Source of the DNA: a bacterium | GTDB lineage: Bacteria; SZUA-182; DTGQ01 | DNA length: 19,427 nt | Direction of reading: 5' to 3' | Assembly (NCBI GenBank): GCA_040752695.1 | Contig: JBFMGO010000113.1 | Span: 1 to 19,427 of the forward strand | Shown here: piece by piece, positions 18,095 to 19,427 of the stretch | Layout of the letters: the number at the start of each line of letters is the position of its first letter | Numbering within the stretch: position 1 is the first letter of the stretch | The notes under the pieces: model-generated | The model's database searches: none | What the model saw: only the letters and a program-made list of their open reading frames with translations | Told to the model about the DNA's origin: nothing | Made by a program: the position numbers and the translations under genes

Positions 18095-18451
18095 ATGAAG
18101 AAATTCGGCTCACGAAAATACGTAGGCTGCTTCATTATTTCCTTGATTGCTGTTCTTTTCATTTCAACTCAGGTTTCTGCCCAGGTTCCCTACATTCCAT
18201 ACTATACCCCAACTCCGTCCTATTTTATTCCCCCTTATCTTCCTCCGGTTGCTCCAATCTATCCCACGGCTCCAGTTTTCAATCCATTCCTGGCGACATT
18301 TCCGACTCCTGTCACCCGCGTCGGAGCGGCGACGATTGTTTTAGTGCCTGCTGCAACTCCCACGGTTACTGCTGCCGCACCGCTTGGTACCCTTTCGATT
18401 ACACCGACTACGCTGATACTCCTGACGCTCTTTTTATCTCTGGCAGAATAA
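18095..18451 (+). CDS. Small secreted Pro/Tyr/Thr-rich hydrophobic protein (array member 1)
   Basis: SD AAGGAG; signal peptide ending VSA|Q. The 89-aa mature part contains only one Arg and one Glu, and its C-terminus is hydrophobic. Confidence 0.85.
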   Translation: MKKFGSRKYVGCFIISLIAVLFISTQVSAQVPYIPYYTPTPSYFIPPYLPPVAPIYPTAPVFNPFLATFPTPVTRVGAATIVLVPAATPTVTAAAPLGTLSITPTTLILLTLFLSLAE

Positions 18452-18485
18452 GAAAGCTATTGCTTAGTATAGGTTAAGAAATTGA

Positions 18486-18636
18486 GGTAGTGTCCCCTTA
18501 CAAGCAGGGGAATTACATCGAAAAACAATAATTTTTGGAAAAAACACAATAGCAGTGCGTGTTTTATCAATAAGAGAATCGTATTTATTGATAAATACCA
18601 AAATTAGAGTTACCCAAATGAGTATGGGGCACTACC
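18486..18636. repeat. Intergenic element with terminal inverted repeats and nested internal palindromes
   Basis: GGTAGTGTCCCC / GGGGCACTACC termini; TAATTTTTGG / CCAAAATTA; TTTATCAATAA / TTATTGATAAA. Confidence 0.7.
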
Positions 18637-18694
18637 GAAATTGATAAAGTCATGAAAATCTATCCCTGGCAATTGTGAAGATAAGGAGTTATTT

Positions 18695-19171
18695 ATGATC
18701 AAGCGCAATAAGGGCTATTTTGCAGGTTTTAGTAAAAAAGTTTTACTTGTCTTTACCTTAATGTGTATCATTGTTTTGGGAATTGCTCTAAGGGATGGTT
18801 CGTGTCAATTTTTGAATCCCTATATTCCATTAATGCCTTTGGCTTATGCTCCTGTTCCCCTTCCACCTCCTCCGCCTCTTCTTCCTGTTCCCTTTGCACC
18901 GGTACCCTATATAAGAACACCTCAGGCTACCATTATTCTTTCTACAGGAATAACGGCAGTAAGTTCTACAGCAGGGACTCTGGTCGTCGGGGCACCAACC
19001 GTAGTTACTCCGACTACCATAGTGGCCGCTCCTACGGTACCAACAGTCGTTGCGGCTCCTGCACCTTTGTTCGCTATTTTGGGTACCTTATATGCCAGTG
19101 CATTGTATGAGTCTCCTCTTTCAATAGCCAATCCATTAATCTTTGCTTACTTATCATCTATCTTGATCTAA
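18695..19171 (+). CDS. Small secreted Pro/Thr-rich hydrophobic protein (array member 2)
   Basis: SD AAGGAG; signal-like N-terminus ending GSC|Q. The 121-aa mature part contains only one Arg and one Glu. Confidence 0.85.
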   Translation: MIKRNKGYFAGFSKKVLLVFTLMCIIVLGIALRDGSCQFLNPYIPLMPLAYAPVPLPPPPPLLPVPFAPVPYIRTPQATIILSTGITAVSSTAGTLVVGAPTVVTPTTIVAAPTVPTVVAAPAPLFAILGTLYASALYESPLSIANPLIFAYLSSILI

Positions 19172-19265
19172 TCAGGAAGAGGAAAGGAAAGCTTAATGGC
19201 CAGGCCAAAAATGGAGTATCTTAATTGATTTTTTTAAAGAGTTATTATGCAAGGAGTTATCAAGT

Positions 19266-19427
19266 ATGCGCAACAGAGGTTATCTCATAAGTTTTAATAA
19301 GAAGTCCCTCCGCATCTTTATCTTAGTTTGCATCTTTGTTCTAGGGGTTGCTCTTCAGGAAGGCCTATGTCAATTTACCAGCTACCTTCCAGTTGCGCCA
19401 ATTATGCCTTATTTTGCTCCCGTTCCA
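19266..19427 (+). CDS. Paralog of the 18695 gene (array member 3; truncated by the right edge of the window)
   Basis: Not in the ORF track. Translates to MRNRGYLISFNKKSLRIFILVCIFVLGVALQEGLCQFTSYLPVAPIMPYFAPVP, which aligns with RNKGYFAGFSKKVLLVFTLMCIIVLGIALRDGSCQFLNPYIP. Same AAGGAGTTAT RBS. Confidence 0.88.
   Translation, partial: MRNRGYLISFNKKSLRIFILVCIFVLGVALQEGLCQFTSYLPVAPIMPYFAPVP

Noticed and set aside
18791..18805. Cys at GSC and GLC as a lipoprotein lipobox
   Set aside because: DGSC and EGLC do not fit [LVI][ASTVI][GAS]C. SPase I cleavage after G-x-C, giving Gln as in the other members, fits better.

Overview
Bacterial chromosomal window, probably from a Gram-negative (diderm), sigma54-using lineage (inference; I cannot assign the taxon). 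The left end is a housekeeping block on the minus strand: glyQ-glyS-ppdK, with ppdK running off the window. Next come an AT-rich DUF1624-like membrane gene and a surface-glycan cluster: an O-antigen-ligase-like protein, GT9, GT4, a SAM methyltransferase and a GT-C-like membrane protein. These are followed by a secreted hypothetical protein, a CzcD/ZitB-type CDF transporter and a DUF4412-like secreted protein. The right end is the least explained part. A ~1.9 kb stretch without a convincing ORF (16208-18094) contains IHF-consensus sites, sigma54-type -24/-12 elements, a near-continuous series of stem-loops and a dense GGA/SD-like motif cluster. It leads into a tandem array of at least three small secreted, almost charge-free Pro/Tyr/Thr-rich proteins. 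The two complete array proteins and the 13477 protein share one layout: signal peptide | Gln, then an uncharged aromatic/Pro segment, then a lone Arg-x-x-[AQ]-A motif. Together these may form a sigma54- and RNA-regulated secreted structural-protein system that I cannot match to anything described. All family calls come from motif recognition by eye; no searches or folding programs were run.
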